Assembly: GCA_903874895.1 (NCBI GenBank)
Contig: CAIQUG010000007.1
Coordinates: 24,326-88,325 of the forward strand
Direction of reading: 5' to 3'
Origin: an uncultured Caulobacterales bacterium
GTDB lineage: Bacteria > Pseudomonadota > Alphaproteobacteria > Caulobacterales > Caulobacteraceae
DNA length: 64,000 nt
In this document: positions 44,661-54,800 of the stretch, piece after piece
Numbering within the stretch: position 1 is the first letter of the stretch
Layout: each line of letters starts with the position of its first letter
Position numbers and translations under genes: made by a program
Notes under the pieces: model-generated
Databases searched by the model: none
What the model was told of the DNA's origin: nothing
What the model saw: only the letters and a program-made list of their open reading frames with translations

Positions 44661-46154
44661 ATGAGCCCTGCGCCGTCCGGAGCTGCGCACACATTTGAAA
44701 GACATCCTCACTTGACCACCTTCAAGGACCTCGGCCTCGCCGAGCCTCTGCTCAAGGCGCTGACCGCCAAGGGCTATGAGATCCCCACGCCGATCCAGAC
44801 CCAGGCAATCCCTGCGGCCATGACCGGTCGCGACATCCTGGGCGTGGCCCAGACCGGTACCGGCAAGACCGCGGCCTTTGCCCTGCCGATCCTGCATCGC
44901 CTGGCCGCCGACCGGAAGCCCGCGCCCCGCCGCGGCTGCCGGGTGCTGGTCTTGTCCCCCACCCGGGAACTGGCCAGCCAGATCGCCGAGAACTTCCGCG
45001 CCTATGGCAAGCTGCTCAACATCAGCGTCACCGTCGTGTTCGGCGGTGCCAAGATGAGCACCCAGGTCCGGGCCCTGGCACCGGGCGTTGACGTGCTGGT
45101 GGCGACGCCGGGCCGCCTGATCGACCACATCGGCCAGAAGACCTGCTTCCTCGGCGAGACCGAGATCCTGGTGCTGGACGAGGCCGACCAGATGCTGGAC
45201 CTGGGCTTCTTCCGCCCGATCCGCCAGATCGTCGGCTACATGCCGAAGAAGCGGCACAACCTGTTCTTCTCCGCCACCATGCCGCCGGAAATCGCCAAGC
45301 TGGCGGCCGAGCTGCTGGACAAGCCGGTGGAGGTCTCGGTCACCCCGCAGGCCACGACGGTGGAGAAGGTCGACCAGCGGGTGATCTTCGTCGAGGCGGG
45401 CAAGAAGCGTCCCCTGCTGGCGGAGCTGTTCGCCGATCCGGCCTTCAATCGCGTCATCGTCTTCACCCGCACCAAGCACGGCGCAGACCGGGTGGCGGAC
45501 TATCTGGAAAAGGTCGGCGTCGAGGCCGCCGCGATCCATGGCGACAAGCGCCAGGGTCAGCGGGAGCGGGCGCTGGCCGACTTCAAGGCCGGCAAGGTCC
45601 GCGCCCTGGTGGCCACCGACATCGCGTCCCGCGGGATCGATGTGGATGCCGTCAGCCACGTGGTGAACTTCGAGCTGCCCATGACCCCGGAAGCCTATGT
45701 CCACCGGATCGGCCGGACGGCCCGGGCCGGGGCCGGTGGCTCCGCCGTCAGCCTGTGCGCCGACGATGAGCGCCTGCTGCTCAAGGCCATCCAGAAGACC
45801 ACCCGCCAGACCCTGCCGGCGGTGGATCGCCGCTCGGACAAGAGCCTGGTGGCTCCGCCCTCGCAGCCCCGCAACCAGGGCGGCGACGTGGAGCAGAAGC
45901 TGGCCCAGCCCAAGGCCCGCGAACACCGGCGGGAGCGTCGCCCCGAGGGCGGCGGCCAGCCGCATCGCAACCGCAACGGCGGCGGTGGCAACAAGGGCGC
46001 GGGCCAGGCCCAGACGCCGCGCTGGGACCCCATGGCCGGCGAGCGTCGTCCGGACGGCGTGGCCGACACCCGTCCGATCCGTCAGCCCGCAGCGGCTCCG
46101 GCCGGTGCAGGCGCCCCCCGCAGCTTCAAGCCCAGCCAGGGCCGTCGGCCTTAG
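44661..46154 (+). CDS. DEAD-box ATP-dependent RNA helicase (RhlE-like) with an Arg/Gly-rich tail
   Basis: Q-motif TPIQ, AQTGTGKT, the DEAD-box equivalent VLDEAD, SAT, and HRIGRTARAG. The start is uncertain: ATG at 44661 or the in-frame TTG at 44712, which would give M-TTFKDLGL. Confidence 0.85.
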   Translation: MSPAPSGAAHTFERHPHLTTFKDLGLAEPLLKALTAKGYEIPTPIQTQAIPAAMTGRDILGVAQTGTGKTAAFALPILHRLAADRKPAPRRGCRVLVLSPTRELASQIAENFRAYGKLLNISVTVVFGGAKMSTQVRALAPGVDVLVATPGRLIDHIGQKTCFLGETEILVLDEADQMLDLGFFRPIRQIVGYMPKKRHNLFFSATMPPEIAKLAAELLDKPVEVSVTPQATTVEKVDQRVIFVEAGKKRPLLAELFADPAFNRVIVFTRTKHGADRVADYLEKVGVEAAAIHGDKRQGQRERALADFKAGKVRALVATDIASRGIDVDAVSHVVNFELPMTPEAYVHRIGRTARAGAGGSAVSLCADDERLLLKAIQKTTRQTLPAVDRRSDKSLVAPPSQPRNQGGDVEQKLAQPKAREHRRERRPEGGGQPHRNRNGGGGNKGAGQAQTPRWDPMAGERRPDGVADTRPIRQPAAAPAGAGAPRSFKPSQGRRP

Positions 46155-46232
46155 GGCCCACTCTGCAGGGATCGCGGCCGTCGGCCTCGACCCCCTGCTG
46201 CCAGGGCTGACCTCTGCACCGCGGAAACGAAC

Positions 46233-46262
46233 AACGCCGCCAAGGGTGACCCTGGCGGCGTT
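46233..46262. terminator. strong hairpin between the convergent helicase and TonB-dependent receptor genes
   Basis: AACGCCGCCAagggtgacccTGGCGGCGTT has a perfect 10-bp stem. On the minus strand it is followed by GTTCGTTTCC. Confidence 0.5.
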
Positions 46263-46300
46263 GCCGTGTCTGGAGTGACGCCGTGTCTTGCGTGACGGGG

Positions 46301-48964
46301 CTAGAACCTCGCGCGGACACCGCCTTCGAAGGTCTGGCCGTAGATTTCCCGCTGGATGGTCGCGCCGCCGACGTTGTAGCGGAGCGGCGTGTCGGCCAGG
46401 TTCTTCACGTTGAAATACACCGTCCAGTGCTTGTCGAACTCGTAGCTGGAGGTGAAGTCGTAGTTGGTCTTGGACGCCTGGATGGTGTCCCCGGACTTGT
46501 CGGACCCGCCGGCACCGAACAGGCTTGCGCCCACATGTTCGCTGGAGAGACGCAGGGCAAGGCCGTTCAGCTCGTAGAACACCGCCACGTTGTAGGTGAC
46601 ATGCGAGGTGCCGGGCAGGGAGCCGTACTGGTTCTTGCCGGTGGCGCTGGTGGTGGTGTCATATTCGAGGAAGCGGCTGTCCACCACGGTCATGTTGGCG
46701 TCGAGGCCGAAGCCCCGGGCCAGGCCGGGCAGGAAGGTGAACTTCTGGTGGTACGCGACTTCCATGCCGCGGGCCCAGGCGCTCTCGTTTGAGTAGGAGA
46801 CGAAGTCGCCCTTGGTCGCCGTGCCGAAGATCGGGTTGGCCACATTGGTGACGGTGTGGGCGAAGATGTAGTTCTCGAACTCCTTGTCGAACAGGCCGAA
46901 CTGCAGGATCCCGCCGTTGGGCATGTAGTACTCGATGTCGAGGTCGAAATTGTTGCCCGTGGTCGGCTTCAGGTCCGGATTGCCGGCAGAGTAGACCGGG
47001 CGGGGCGCGGCGGTGAAGTCGACCCCGGCATTGCCGCCGGCCTGGGTGAAGCCGGGCCGGGCAATGCCCGTGGACCAGGTGGCCCGGACCTGCAGGTCCG
47101 GCTGGAGCTCGTACTTGGCCTGGATGGTCGGGAACAGGTCGGTGTAGCTCTTGCTGTGCTTGACGAAGCTGACCGTGTTGTTGCCCAGGGCATCGGTGGT
47201 GGTCAGGTAGTTGCCGTAGGTGGCGTCGGTCTGTTCCACCCGCAGGCCGCCCAGCACGCTCAGCTTGCCGATGTTGAAGGTGTACATGCCGTAGGCGGCA
47301 TAGACGTTCTCGTCGTCATTGAAGTCGCGGCCAATGGACGGCGAGAGAGTCGTGTTCGCCCGGACGAGTGCGCGCACGGCATAGATGTCGGCATAGGGAG
47401 CCGCCGGATAGGCGCCGTCGAAATAGTTGCTGCCCGGCGCCACGCTCTGCGAAACGGCCGAGAGGGGCGAGGTGACCTTGGCGGTGCCGCCGAAGTTATA
47501 GACGACCTTGTTGCGAAGGCGGGCGCTGATCCCGGCCTTCAGCTCGCCATTGTCGCCGATCAGATGGACCGGATAGCGGGCGTTCAGGGCGTAGCTGGTT
47601 TCCTCGTCCACCGCCGACTCGAAGAAGTTGCTGAGCGAGGTCTTGGTGGTCGAATTGTAGTTGAGCACGTTGGTGGACACGAACGGGGTCACGCCATCGG
47701 GCATGAACAGCTGGAACACCGGCTGGTGCGGGTTGGACGTGTTGTACTTGCCGATGAAGATGTCCTGACCGCGGTAGCGGGCCTCGTTGTAGAAGTTCTC
47801 CACATAGGTCGCGCGGCTGTAGGCGACGCGGTAGTCGATGACCAGGTCATTGAACCGGTCGGAACCGCCGGCGGCGATCACCGTGTTGCGGTGGGTTTCC
47901 TCCAGGTCCACCAGGTCCACCTGAGGCTGGAAGCCGTCGGTGCGGAAGCCCTTGGCGTCCGGAGCCGAGGCGGCACCGTCGAAGGCGGCATACCAATGGT
48001 TCTTGTGCGCCCGCTCCTTGTAGCCGGCCACGTCCAGGCGGACGTAGTAGCTGTGGTTGTCATTGGGCTTGAAGTCGAAGTTGCCGCCATAGCCGAACCG
48101 GCGGCGGTTGTAGTCGTAGCGGCGGAAGTCCACCCGGTCGAACTGCCCCGGTGCCACATAGCTGGGCTCCAGGTCGTCGATGCCCCGGCGGTCGTCCTTG
48201 CGCGAGCCCGTGATCACGAACGAGAACGGCGTCGGGTTGGAGATCCAGCCCGAACCGGCCGGAACGTCCTGCCCGTCGCCCTGGACCACCAGCTTGCCGT
48301 TGTTGAAGCCGAAGCGGGCCCCGGCGGCCAGGGCGGCGGTGAAGGGACCGGTATGGTCGTGGAGGTTCTCGTAGCCCCAGCCCAGCTCGCCTTCAACGAA
48401 GGGCTTGGCGATATCCTTGGAGGAGCGCGGGGTCAGTTCGATCTGACCGCCCAGGCCTTCGGCTTCCCGGTCGGGGGAGAGGGTCTTGTAGAGCACGATG
48501 CCGTCGATGGCGCCGGTGGGGATGGTGTCGAACTCCACCGCCCGGCCAGCCCCGCTGGCCGCGGTGCCCGACGGCAGCGTGTTCAGCAGCACCACGCCGC
48601 CATAGGTCGCGCCGTTGAGGTTGGCATCGATGCCGCGGATGTTGACGAAGCGGCCTTCCGCCGTGTCGGTCGACAGGGATACGCCGGGCATGCGGCCCAG
48701 GGCCTCTGCGGCGTTGTAGTCGGGATACTTGGCGATGGTCTCGGCGGACTGGACGTTCAGGATGGTGAAGGCGTTTTCCTGACGCTGGCGGGCGATCACT
48801 TCCTGGCGGGGGGCGGTCACGACGACCTGCTCCACCGTGCTGCCGGTCGTGTCGGCGGCGGCGGGCGCTTCGGCCGCCCATGCAGGGGCGGCGAGGGTGG
48901 CGCTGGTGAGGGCGATCAGGCTGATGCCGGCGATCAGCGCCGGTCGAAGGTTGGACGGTGTCAT
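46301..48964 (-). CDS. TonB-dependent outer-membrane receptor
   Basis: Signal peptide ending AAPAWA. Plug region VVVTAP...NIRGIDANLNG. Long beta-barrel ending in ...VRARF (terminal Phe). Start at the ATG at 48964. Confidence 0.9.
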   Translation of the reverse strand: MTPSNLRPALIAGISLIALTSATLAAPAWAAEAPAAADTTGSTVEQVVVTAPRQEVIARQRQENAFTILNVQSAETIAKYPDYNAAEALGRMPGVSLSTDTAEGRFVNIRGIDANLNGATYGGVVLLNTLPSGTAASGAGRAVEFDTIPTGAIDGIVLYKTLSPDREAEGLGGQIELTPRSSKDIAKPFVEGELGWGYENLHDHTGPFTAALAAGARFGFNNGKLVVQGDGQDVPAGSGWISNPTPFSFVITGSRKDDRRGIDDLEPSYVAPGQFDRVDFRRYDYNRRRFGYGGNFDFKPNDNHSYYVRLDVAGYKERAHKNHWYAAFDGAASAPDAKGFRTDGFQPQVDLVDLEETHRNTVIAAGGSDRFNDLVIDYRVAYSRATYVENFYNEARYRGQDIFIGKYNTSNPHQPVFQLFMPDGVTPFVSTNVLNYNSTTKTSLSNFFESAVDEETSYALNARYPVHLIGDNGELKAGISARLRNKVVYNFGGTAKVTSPLSAVSQSVAPGSNYFDGAYPAAPYADIYAVRALVRANTTLSPSIGRDFNDDENVYAAYGMYTFNIGKLSVLGGLRVEQTDATYGNYLTTTDALGNNTVSFVKHSKSYTDLFPTIQAKYELQPDLQVRATWSTGIARPGFTQAGGNAGVDFTAAPRPVYSAGNPDLKPTTGNNFDLDIEYYMPNGGILQFGLFDKEFENYIFAHTVTNVANPIFGTATKGDFVSYSNESAWARGMEVAYHQKFTFLPGLARGFGLDANMTVVDSRFLEYDTTTSATGKNQYGSLPGTSHVTYNVAVFYELNGLALRLSSEHVGASLFGAGGSDKSGDTIQASKTNYDFTSSYEFDKHWTVYFNVKNLADTPLRYNVGGATIQREIYGQTFEGGVRARF

Positions 48965-49170
48965 GCGGGCCCCTGAATAGCGAAACGCCACCCGGCGCAA
49001 CGCCGGGCGGTCAGAACTCCGGGGACACTGGTTTCCTTTGAAGACAGCTTGGTGACTGAATTATAAAACATGGATGAAGACGCAAATTTCCCCAATTTAC
49101 GAACCCGTTTCATTGGGAGAGGCCTCAACATCTAGGCATTCAATTTACATAAATCTGAATAAATTCACAT

Positions 49171-49200
49171 TATTTCGGCCGTGAAATATTTCGGGCGTGA
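49171..49200. promoter_or_regulatory. tandem 16-bp repeat containing the 10-bp palindrome GAAATATTTC, in a divergent promoter region
   Basis: TATTTCGGCCGTGAAA followed by TATTTCGGGCGTGATG. The palindrome is at 49183..49192. It lies between the TBDR and the YncE-like gene. Confidence 0.35.
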
Positions 49201-49350
49201 TGGCGCGCCGATTTATACTTCCGATGGCCTTGTCGGATCATGGAGAATGAATTCCGCGGACCGCGATGATCAAGCGGTCTTGATCCCGCCGGAAAAGTCG
49301 TGCAGCGGTGCGGTCCGCACATCCCGATCCCATCCCGCAGGAGCCTTCGC

Positions 49351-50364
49351 ATGCTGTCCCGGTTCGCCTCCGCCCTCCTTCTCGGCGTCGCTGTCATGTC
49401 GGCCCCCGTCGTCGCCGCGGCGGCTCCGGGTCCCGTGCCGCAGGTCGTCGCGACCCTGGCCGGCCCGGACGGCGGCTGGGACTACATCACCGTGGACGCC
49501 GATGGTGGCCGGGCGCTGGTAGCCCGCGGCCTGGGCGTCTCCGTCTTTGATCTGGCCACGGGCAAGACGACGCAGATCCTGGCGGAGCTGAAGGGCAACC
49601 ACATCGCCCTGCCGGTGAACGGCGGCAAGGACGTGCTGGTCACCACCGGCTTCACCGGGGAAGCCGTGATCGCCGATCTTGCCACCGGGACCGTGCGCAG
49701 CCGCGTGAAGACCGGCGCCAAGCCCGATGCGGCCGTGTTCGACGCCGCCTCCGGCCTCGTCTGGGTGATGGACAACAAGGGTGGCGGCGTGGCCCTGGTC
49801 AATCCCGTCAGCGGCGCGCTTGAGGGGATCATCGCCGTGCCCGGCGCCCTGGAATTCGCCGCCAGCGACGGCAAGGGCCGCGTCTATGCCAATGTCGAGG
49901 ATCTGGGCGAGATCGTCGCCTTCGACGCCAAGGCCCGAAAGGTCGTCGGGCACTACAAGCTGACCGGCTGCGAGGAGCCCACCGGCCTCGCCTATGACCC
50001 GGACAACAACCGCCTGTTTGCCGCCTGCGCCAACAAGGTGGCCGCCGTGGTCGCCGCCGATACGGGCGCGTCCCTGGCGACCCTGCCCATCGGCAGCGGT
50101 CCGGACGCAGCGGTGTTCGATCCGGTCAGCCATCGGGTGTTCATCCCCTCCGGTCGTGACGGCAAGCTGACCGTGATCGACGCCGACGCCCTGAAGGTGG
50201 TCAGCACCGGGCAGACCCGCACCAGCGCGCGGACGGCCGCCCTCGACGTGAAGACCGGCCGGATCTATCTGCCGTCGGCGGTCATGGGCCCGCCGGCGAC
50301 CGCCGGTGGCCGTCCGGTGGCAACGCCGGGCAGCTTCGGCGTGCTGGCGGTCACCACCCGATAG
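49351..50364 (+). CDS. YVTN/YncE-like periplasmic beta-propeller protein
   Basis: Start at the ATG at 49351 after GCAGGAG. Signal peptide present. Repeated ...G..P.....D......Y/FV blades (GAKPDAAVFDAASGLVWV, GSGPDAAVFDPVSHRVFI). Confidence 0.75.
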   Translation: MLSRFASALLLGVAVMSAPVVAAAAPGPVPQVVATLAGPDGGWDYITVDADGGRALVARGLGVSVFDLATGKTTQILAELKGNHIALPVNGGKDVLVTTGFTGEAVIADLATGTVRSRVKTGAKPDAAVFDAASGLVWVMDNKGGGVALVNPVSGALEGIIAVPGALEFAASDGKGRVYANVEDLGEIVAFDAKARKVVGHYKLTGCEEPTGLAYDPDNNRLFAACANKVAAVVAADTGASLATLPIGSGPDAAVFDPVSHRVFIPSGRDGKLTVIDADALKVVSTGQTRTSARTAALDVKTGRIYLPSAVMGPPATAGGRPVATPGSFGVLAVTTR

Positions 50365-50429
50365 TCGCCGAAGCCGGTGGCGGTTCCGCCGGGATGCGCC
50401 TACCCTGACCGGGCGGGCGGGTTCGGAGT

Positions 50430-51743
50430 GTGACGGGCATGACGGGAGACACGGGCGAGGTGCCGAGCACGGCCCCAAAGGGCCTGTGGGACCGGATCAA
50501 GGCCTCGCCCCTCGCCCATCTGGGGCCGGGGCTGATCACCGGCGTGGCGGATGACGATCCCAGCGGCATAGCCACCTATTCCCAGGCGGGGGCCCAGTTC
50601 GGGCTGAACATGCTGTGGACCATGCCCGTGGCCTATCCGCTGATGTCGGCGGTGCAGTCCATGTGCGCGCGGATCGGACGGGTCACCGGCCAGGGCCTGG
50701 CGGCCAATATCCGCGCCGCCTTTCCCCCCTCTGTCCTGCGGATCGTGGTGGGGTTGCTGGTCGTCGCCAACACCCTGAACATCGCCGCCGACGTGGCTGC
50801 CATGGGCGAGGCGGGGGAGCTGGTCACCGGCCTTGACCGGCGCTGGATGGCCTGCGGTTTCGCGGCGGTCAGCCTGCTGCTGCAGGTGTTCGTGCCCTAC
50901 CACCGCTATGTCCAGTACCTGAAGTGGCTGACCCTGTCCCTTTTGGCCTATGTGGCGGTGCTGTTCACCGTGCATGTGCCCTGGGGGGAGGTCGCCCGCC
51001 GCACGGTCCTGCCGCAGTTCCAGCTGGACGGGGCGGCGGCCGCCATGATCGTCGGCGTGTTCGGCACCACCATCAGCCCCTATCTGTTCTTCTGGCAGGC
51101 CTCGGAGGAGGTGGAGGATCTGCAGCGCGGCTCCGGCGGCCGGTCCCTGCGGGACGATCCCGACAGCGCCCCGGCGGAGCTGCGCCGCATCGGCTGGGAC
51201 ACCTGGAGCGGCATGCTCTATTCCGACGCCTCGGCCTTCTTCATCATCCTGGCCACCGCCGTCACCCTGAATGTCGCAGGGGTGCGCGACATCGAGACCG
51301 CGGCCCAGGCGGCCCAGGCCCTCAAGCCCATTGCCGGGCCCTTCGCCTTCCTGCTGTTCACCCTCGGCCTGCTGGGCGTCGGCCTGATCGGCGTGCCGGT
51401 GCTGGCCGGCTCTGCGGCCTACGGGGTGGCGGAGGCCATGGGCTGGCGCTCGGGTCTCGAGAAGCGCCTGTGGGAGGCACCGGGCTTCTATGCCGTGATC
51501 ATCGGCAGTACGCTTGCGGGGCTGGCCATCCAGTTCCTGCCCGTCAATCCGATGAAGGCCCTGTTCTGGAGCGCGGTGATCAATGGCGTCGTCGCCGTGC
51601 CCCTGGTGGCGGTGGTGACCGTGCTGGCCCGCAAGCGCTCCGTCATGGGTCCGCACGTGGCGAGCCGGACCCTGGCGGTGCTGGGCTGGCTCACCGTGGC
51701 GGTGATGGCGGCCGCGGCAGTACGGATGCTGTGGCCGGGCTGA
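50430..51743 (+). CDS. Nramp (SLC11)-family transporter, non-canonical subgroup
   Basis: 437 aa with about 11 TM segments. The TM1 region GPGLITGVADDDPSGIATYSQAGAQFGLNMLW aligns to MntH GPAF..IDPGNFATNIQAGA. The TM6 region is GTTISPYLFFW. Confidence 0.8.
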   Translation: MTGMTGDTGEVPSTAPKGLWDRIKASPLAHLGPGLITGVADDDPSGIATYSQAGAQFGLNMLWTMPVAYPLMSAVQSMCARIGRVTGQGLAANIRAAFPPSVLRIVVGLLVVANTLNIAADVAAMGEAGELVTGLDRRWMACGFAAVSLLLQVFVPYHRYVQYLKWLTLSLLAYVAVLFTVHVPWGEVARRTVLPQFQLDGAAAAMIVGVFGTTISPYLFFWQASEEVEDLQRGSGGRSLRDDPDSAPAELRRIGWDTWSGMLYSDASAFFIILATAVTLNVAGVRDIETAAQAAQALKPIAGPFAFLLFTLGLLGVGLIGVPVLAGSAAYGVAEAMGWRSGLEKRLWEAPGFYAVIIGSTLAGLAIQFLPVNPMKALFWSAVINGVVAVPLVAVVTVLARKRSVMGPHVASRTLAVLGWLTVAVMAAAAVRMLWPG

Positions 51744-51747
51744 GCCT

Positions 51748-51861
51748 GCGTCCTTCGAGACGGGCCGTTCCGGCCCTCCTCAGGATGACGAAGGTTTGGG
51801 AACCCCAATAATCGTCGTCAGGCTGAGGAGGCCTGCAAGGACGTCTCGAACCACGCAGACC
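51748..51861. repeat. REP/MITE-like palindromic intergenic element, full copy
   Basis: gcgtccttcgagacgggccgttccggccctcctcaggatgacgaaggt ... tcgtcgtcaggctgaggaggcctgcaaggacgtctcgaaccacgcagacc. The arms are mutually complementary (CCTCCTCAGGATGACGA / TCGTCAGGCTGAGGAGG). It sits between convergent genes. Confidence 0.8.
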
Positions 51862-51873
51862 GCAAAGCCTTAC

Positions 51874-54800
51874 TCAGTCACGCCCGTTGAACATCCGCAT
51901 CAGGGCCAGATAGGCGGCCGGCAGCACGAACAGCACCAGCGGTGCCCCCGCGACGAGGCCGGAGATGATGGCGATGGCCAGGGGCTTCTGCATGGCCGCG
52001 CCTTCGCCCAGACCCAGCGCCAGGGGAGACAGGGCGAGGATGGCAATCACGGCGGACATCAGGATCGGCCGCAGCCGCGCTGCCCCGGCCTCGATCAGCC
52101 CGTCCGGTGTCACGGCGGCCCCGGGTGCCAGCTCTGCCAGGAAGAACACCGCCAGCTCCGCCACCACGCCCACCACCATGGTCAGGCCCATCAGGGCGGA
52201 GATGTTCAGCTCCGTCCCGGTGACGAACAGGCCGATGAACACCGCCGCCGCGGCTGCCAGCACGACGCCGATCACGCTGACCACGGCGGCCCAGCGCTCG
52301 AACAGGTACAGAAGCAGCAGGCTGACCAGCATCAGGGCTGCCCCGAACACCAGGGTCAGGTCGGCGAAGGACGCCTGCTGCTGGGCATAGAGCCCGCCAT
52401 AATCCACCCGCACGCCGGGCGGCAGGGTCAGGCCCGCCACGGTGCGCCGCACCTCGCCCATGGCCGAGCCCAGGTCGCGCCCCTCCAGCCGACCGGTCAC
52501 ATCGAGGAAGGGCTGGAGATTCTCCCGGGTGATCTGGGCCTGGCCCGGGTCCACGGCCACGGTGGCCACGGCGGTCAGGGGCACGTCCCGCCCGTCGGGG
52601 GCCCGCAGGCGCAGGGCACTGATCGCGGCGATCCGGTCCCGGAGGGCGGGGGCTGTCCAGAGCCGCACGTCGATCACCGTCTCCCCCTTCTGCACCTGGG
52701 TGACCACCTGGCCCTCGATGAGACTGGTCAACTGGTGGGCCACGGCGTCGGGGTCGAGGCCGTTCAGGGTCGCCGCCGGGCGGTTGACCCGCACGGTCAG
52801 GGCGTCCCCGGCCAGGCGGAGACCGTCCACCACCTCGACCACGCCGCGGATCTTGCCCACCGCCGGCGCCACCAGGGCCGCGGCTTCCCGAAGGCTGGCG
52901 GCGTCACTGCCGTAGAGCTTGATCTCGATCGGCTGCGGCACGGCGGTCAGGTCGCCGATCAGGTCCTCCATCAGCTGGGCGGTCTCGATGTCGAGTCCGG
53001 GGGCCCCGGCCTGGATCTTCTGCCGGACTTCGGCCATGACCGCCTCGACGCTCCGCCGCTGGCCACGCCGCAGATGGACGAAGAAGTCGCCCTCGTCGGC
53101 CTCCGTCAGTCCGCCGCCCAGCTGCACGCCGGTGCGGCGGGAATAGCTGTCCACGTCCGGAGTGGCCCGCAGGATGGCCTCGACCTGCCGCACCAGCCGG
53201 TCGGTCTCCGTCAGGGCCGCGCCGGGATGGGCCTTGTAGTCGAGGACGAAGCCACCCTCATCCATCTTCGGCATGAAGCCCGATGCCAGCCGGGTATTGG
53301 CCAGTGTCCCCGAAACCAGCAGGACCCCGATCACCACCAGGGCCAGACGTCCGGGGCGTTGCAGCAGGTCTGTCGCCAGCCGGGCATAGCGCTGCCGCGG
53401 TCCGGACATGGCCCGGTCGGCCCGCTCCGCCGTCTCCACTTCCGCGTCCCGCAGCCAGGCCCGGGCCAGCAGGGGGGCGATGAACAGGGCAAACACGAGG
53501 GACAGGGCCAGCGCCGCGGCCATGATCACGGCCAGCGCCCGGAAGAACCCGCCGGTTACGCCGCCGAGAAAGGCCAGCGGGATGAAGATCACCAGGGTGG
53601 ACAGGCTCGACCCGATCAGCGGCCGTGCCATCTCCGCGGCGGCAGGCAGCAGGGCATCGCGGCCCCGGGGCGCCTCCGGCGAGGCGGGGCTCTGGAAGCG
53701 CCGGATCATGTGTTCCAGCATCACGACGGCGTCGTCCACCACCAGGCCGACGGCGGCTGCCATGCCGCCGAGGGTCATCATGTTGAAGCTCATGCCCATC
53801 CCCGACAGGACGATGCAGGCGGACGCCAGGGTCGCCGGCAGCAGCAGCGCGGTGACCAGCATCAATCGCCAGCTGCGAAGGAAGGCGAACAGGACGATGC
53901 CGGCCAGCAGGGCCCCCAGCAGGATGGCGTCCCGCACGCTGCCCGCCGCAGCCGTGACCAGCTCGGACTGGTCGTAGAAGGTGGCGATGGCCACGTCCTT
54001 GGGCAGGGTGGCGCGGGCCTCGGCCAGCTGGGTCTTGATGTTGCGCACCAGCGCCACGCTGTCGGCGGTGGGGGTCTGACGGATGTTCAGCAGCACGGCG
54101 TCCCGGCCCTGGGCGGTGACCCGGGTCCAGGCCGGGGCGGGTGCCGCACGGATCTGCGCCACCTGGCCAAGGGTGATCAGCCCGCCCGGTGACGTTCCGG
54201 TCCCGGTCCGGAGCGGCAGGGCCGCCAGGTCCTCCGTCGACTGCAGGCGGCTGTCCACCAGGGACAGGTAGAGCCGGTGGCGATCCTCCAGCCGGCCCAC
54301 GGCGCTGACTGTGTTGGCGGCGGACAGGGCATGGGCCAGGTCGTCCATGGCAAGGCCCAGGGCCTGCAGGCGGGCCGGGTCGACCAGCACCTGATATTCG
54401 GGACGCCCGCCCCCCAGCACTTCGACCCCGGCCACGCCGGAGACGGCAGCCAGCTGCGGTCGCAGTTGCAGCTCTGCGATCCGGCGCAGGCTGACCGGGT
54501 CCCGGCCGGGGGCGGTGAGGGCGAGGCCCAGCACCGGGAAGACCGTCGGGTCCATCCGCCGGACGGTGAAGCGCACGCCGGAGGGCAGGTCGGGCAGGGC
54601 CGCGGTCATGGCCGCCTCGGTCTGCAGCAGGCTGGTGACCATGTCCCGGTCCCAGCCGAAGTTCAGCGAGATCTCCGCCGAGCCGCGGGAGGTGGTGGAG
54701 CGGATCGTCCCCACCCCCGGCACGCCGCGCAGGGCCTGCTCCAGCGGGCGGGTCACCTGGGCGGCCATCTGGTCGGCGGCCCGGTCTCCGGCATCGATGC

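Noticed and set aside
48965-49070. A possible riboswitch (for example cobalamin) in the TonB-dependent receptor leader. The hairpin CCGCCCGGCGttgCGCCGGGTGG lies just upstream of the start.
   Set aside because: I could find no B12-box or other recognisable riboswitch core. The leader appears too short. The hairpin alone is insufficient evidence.
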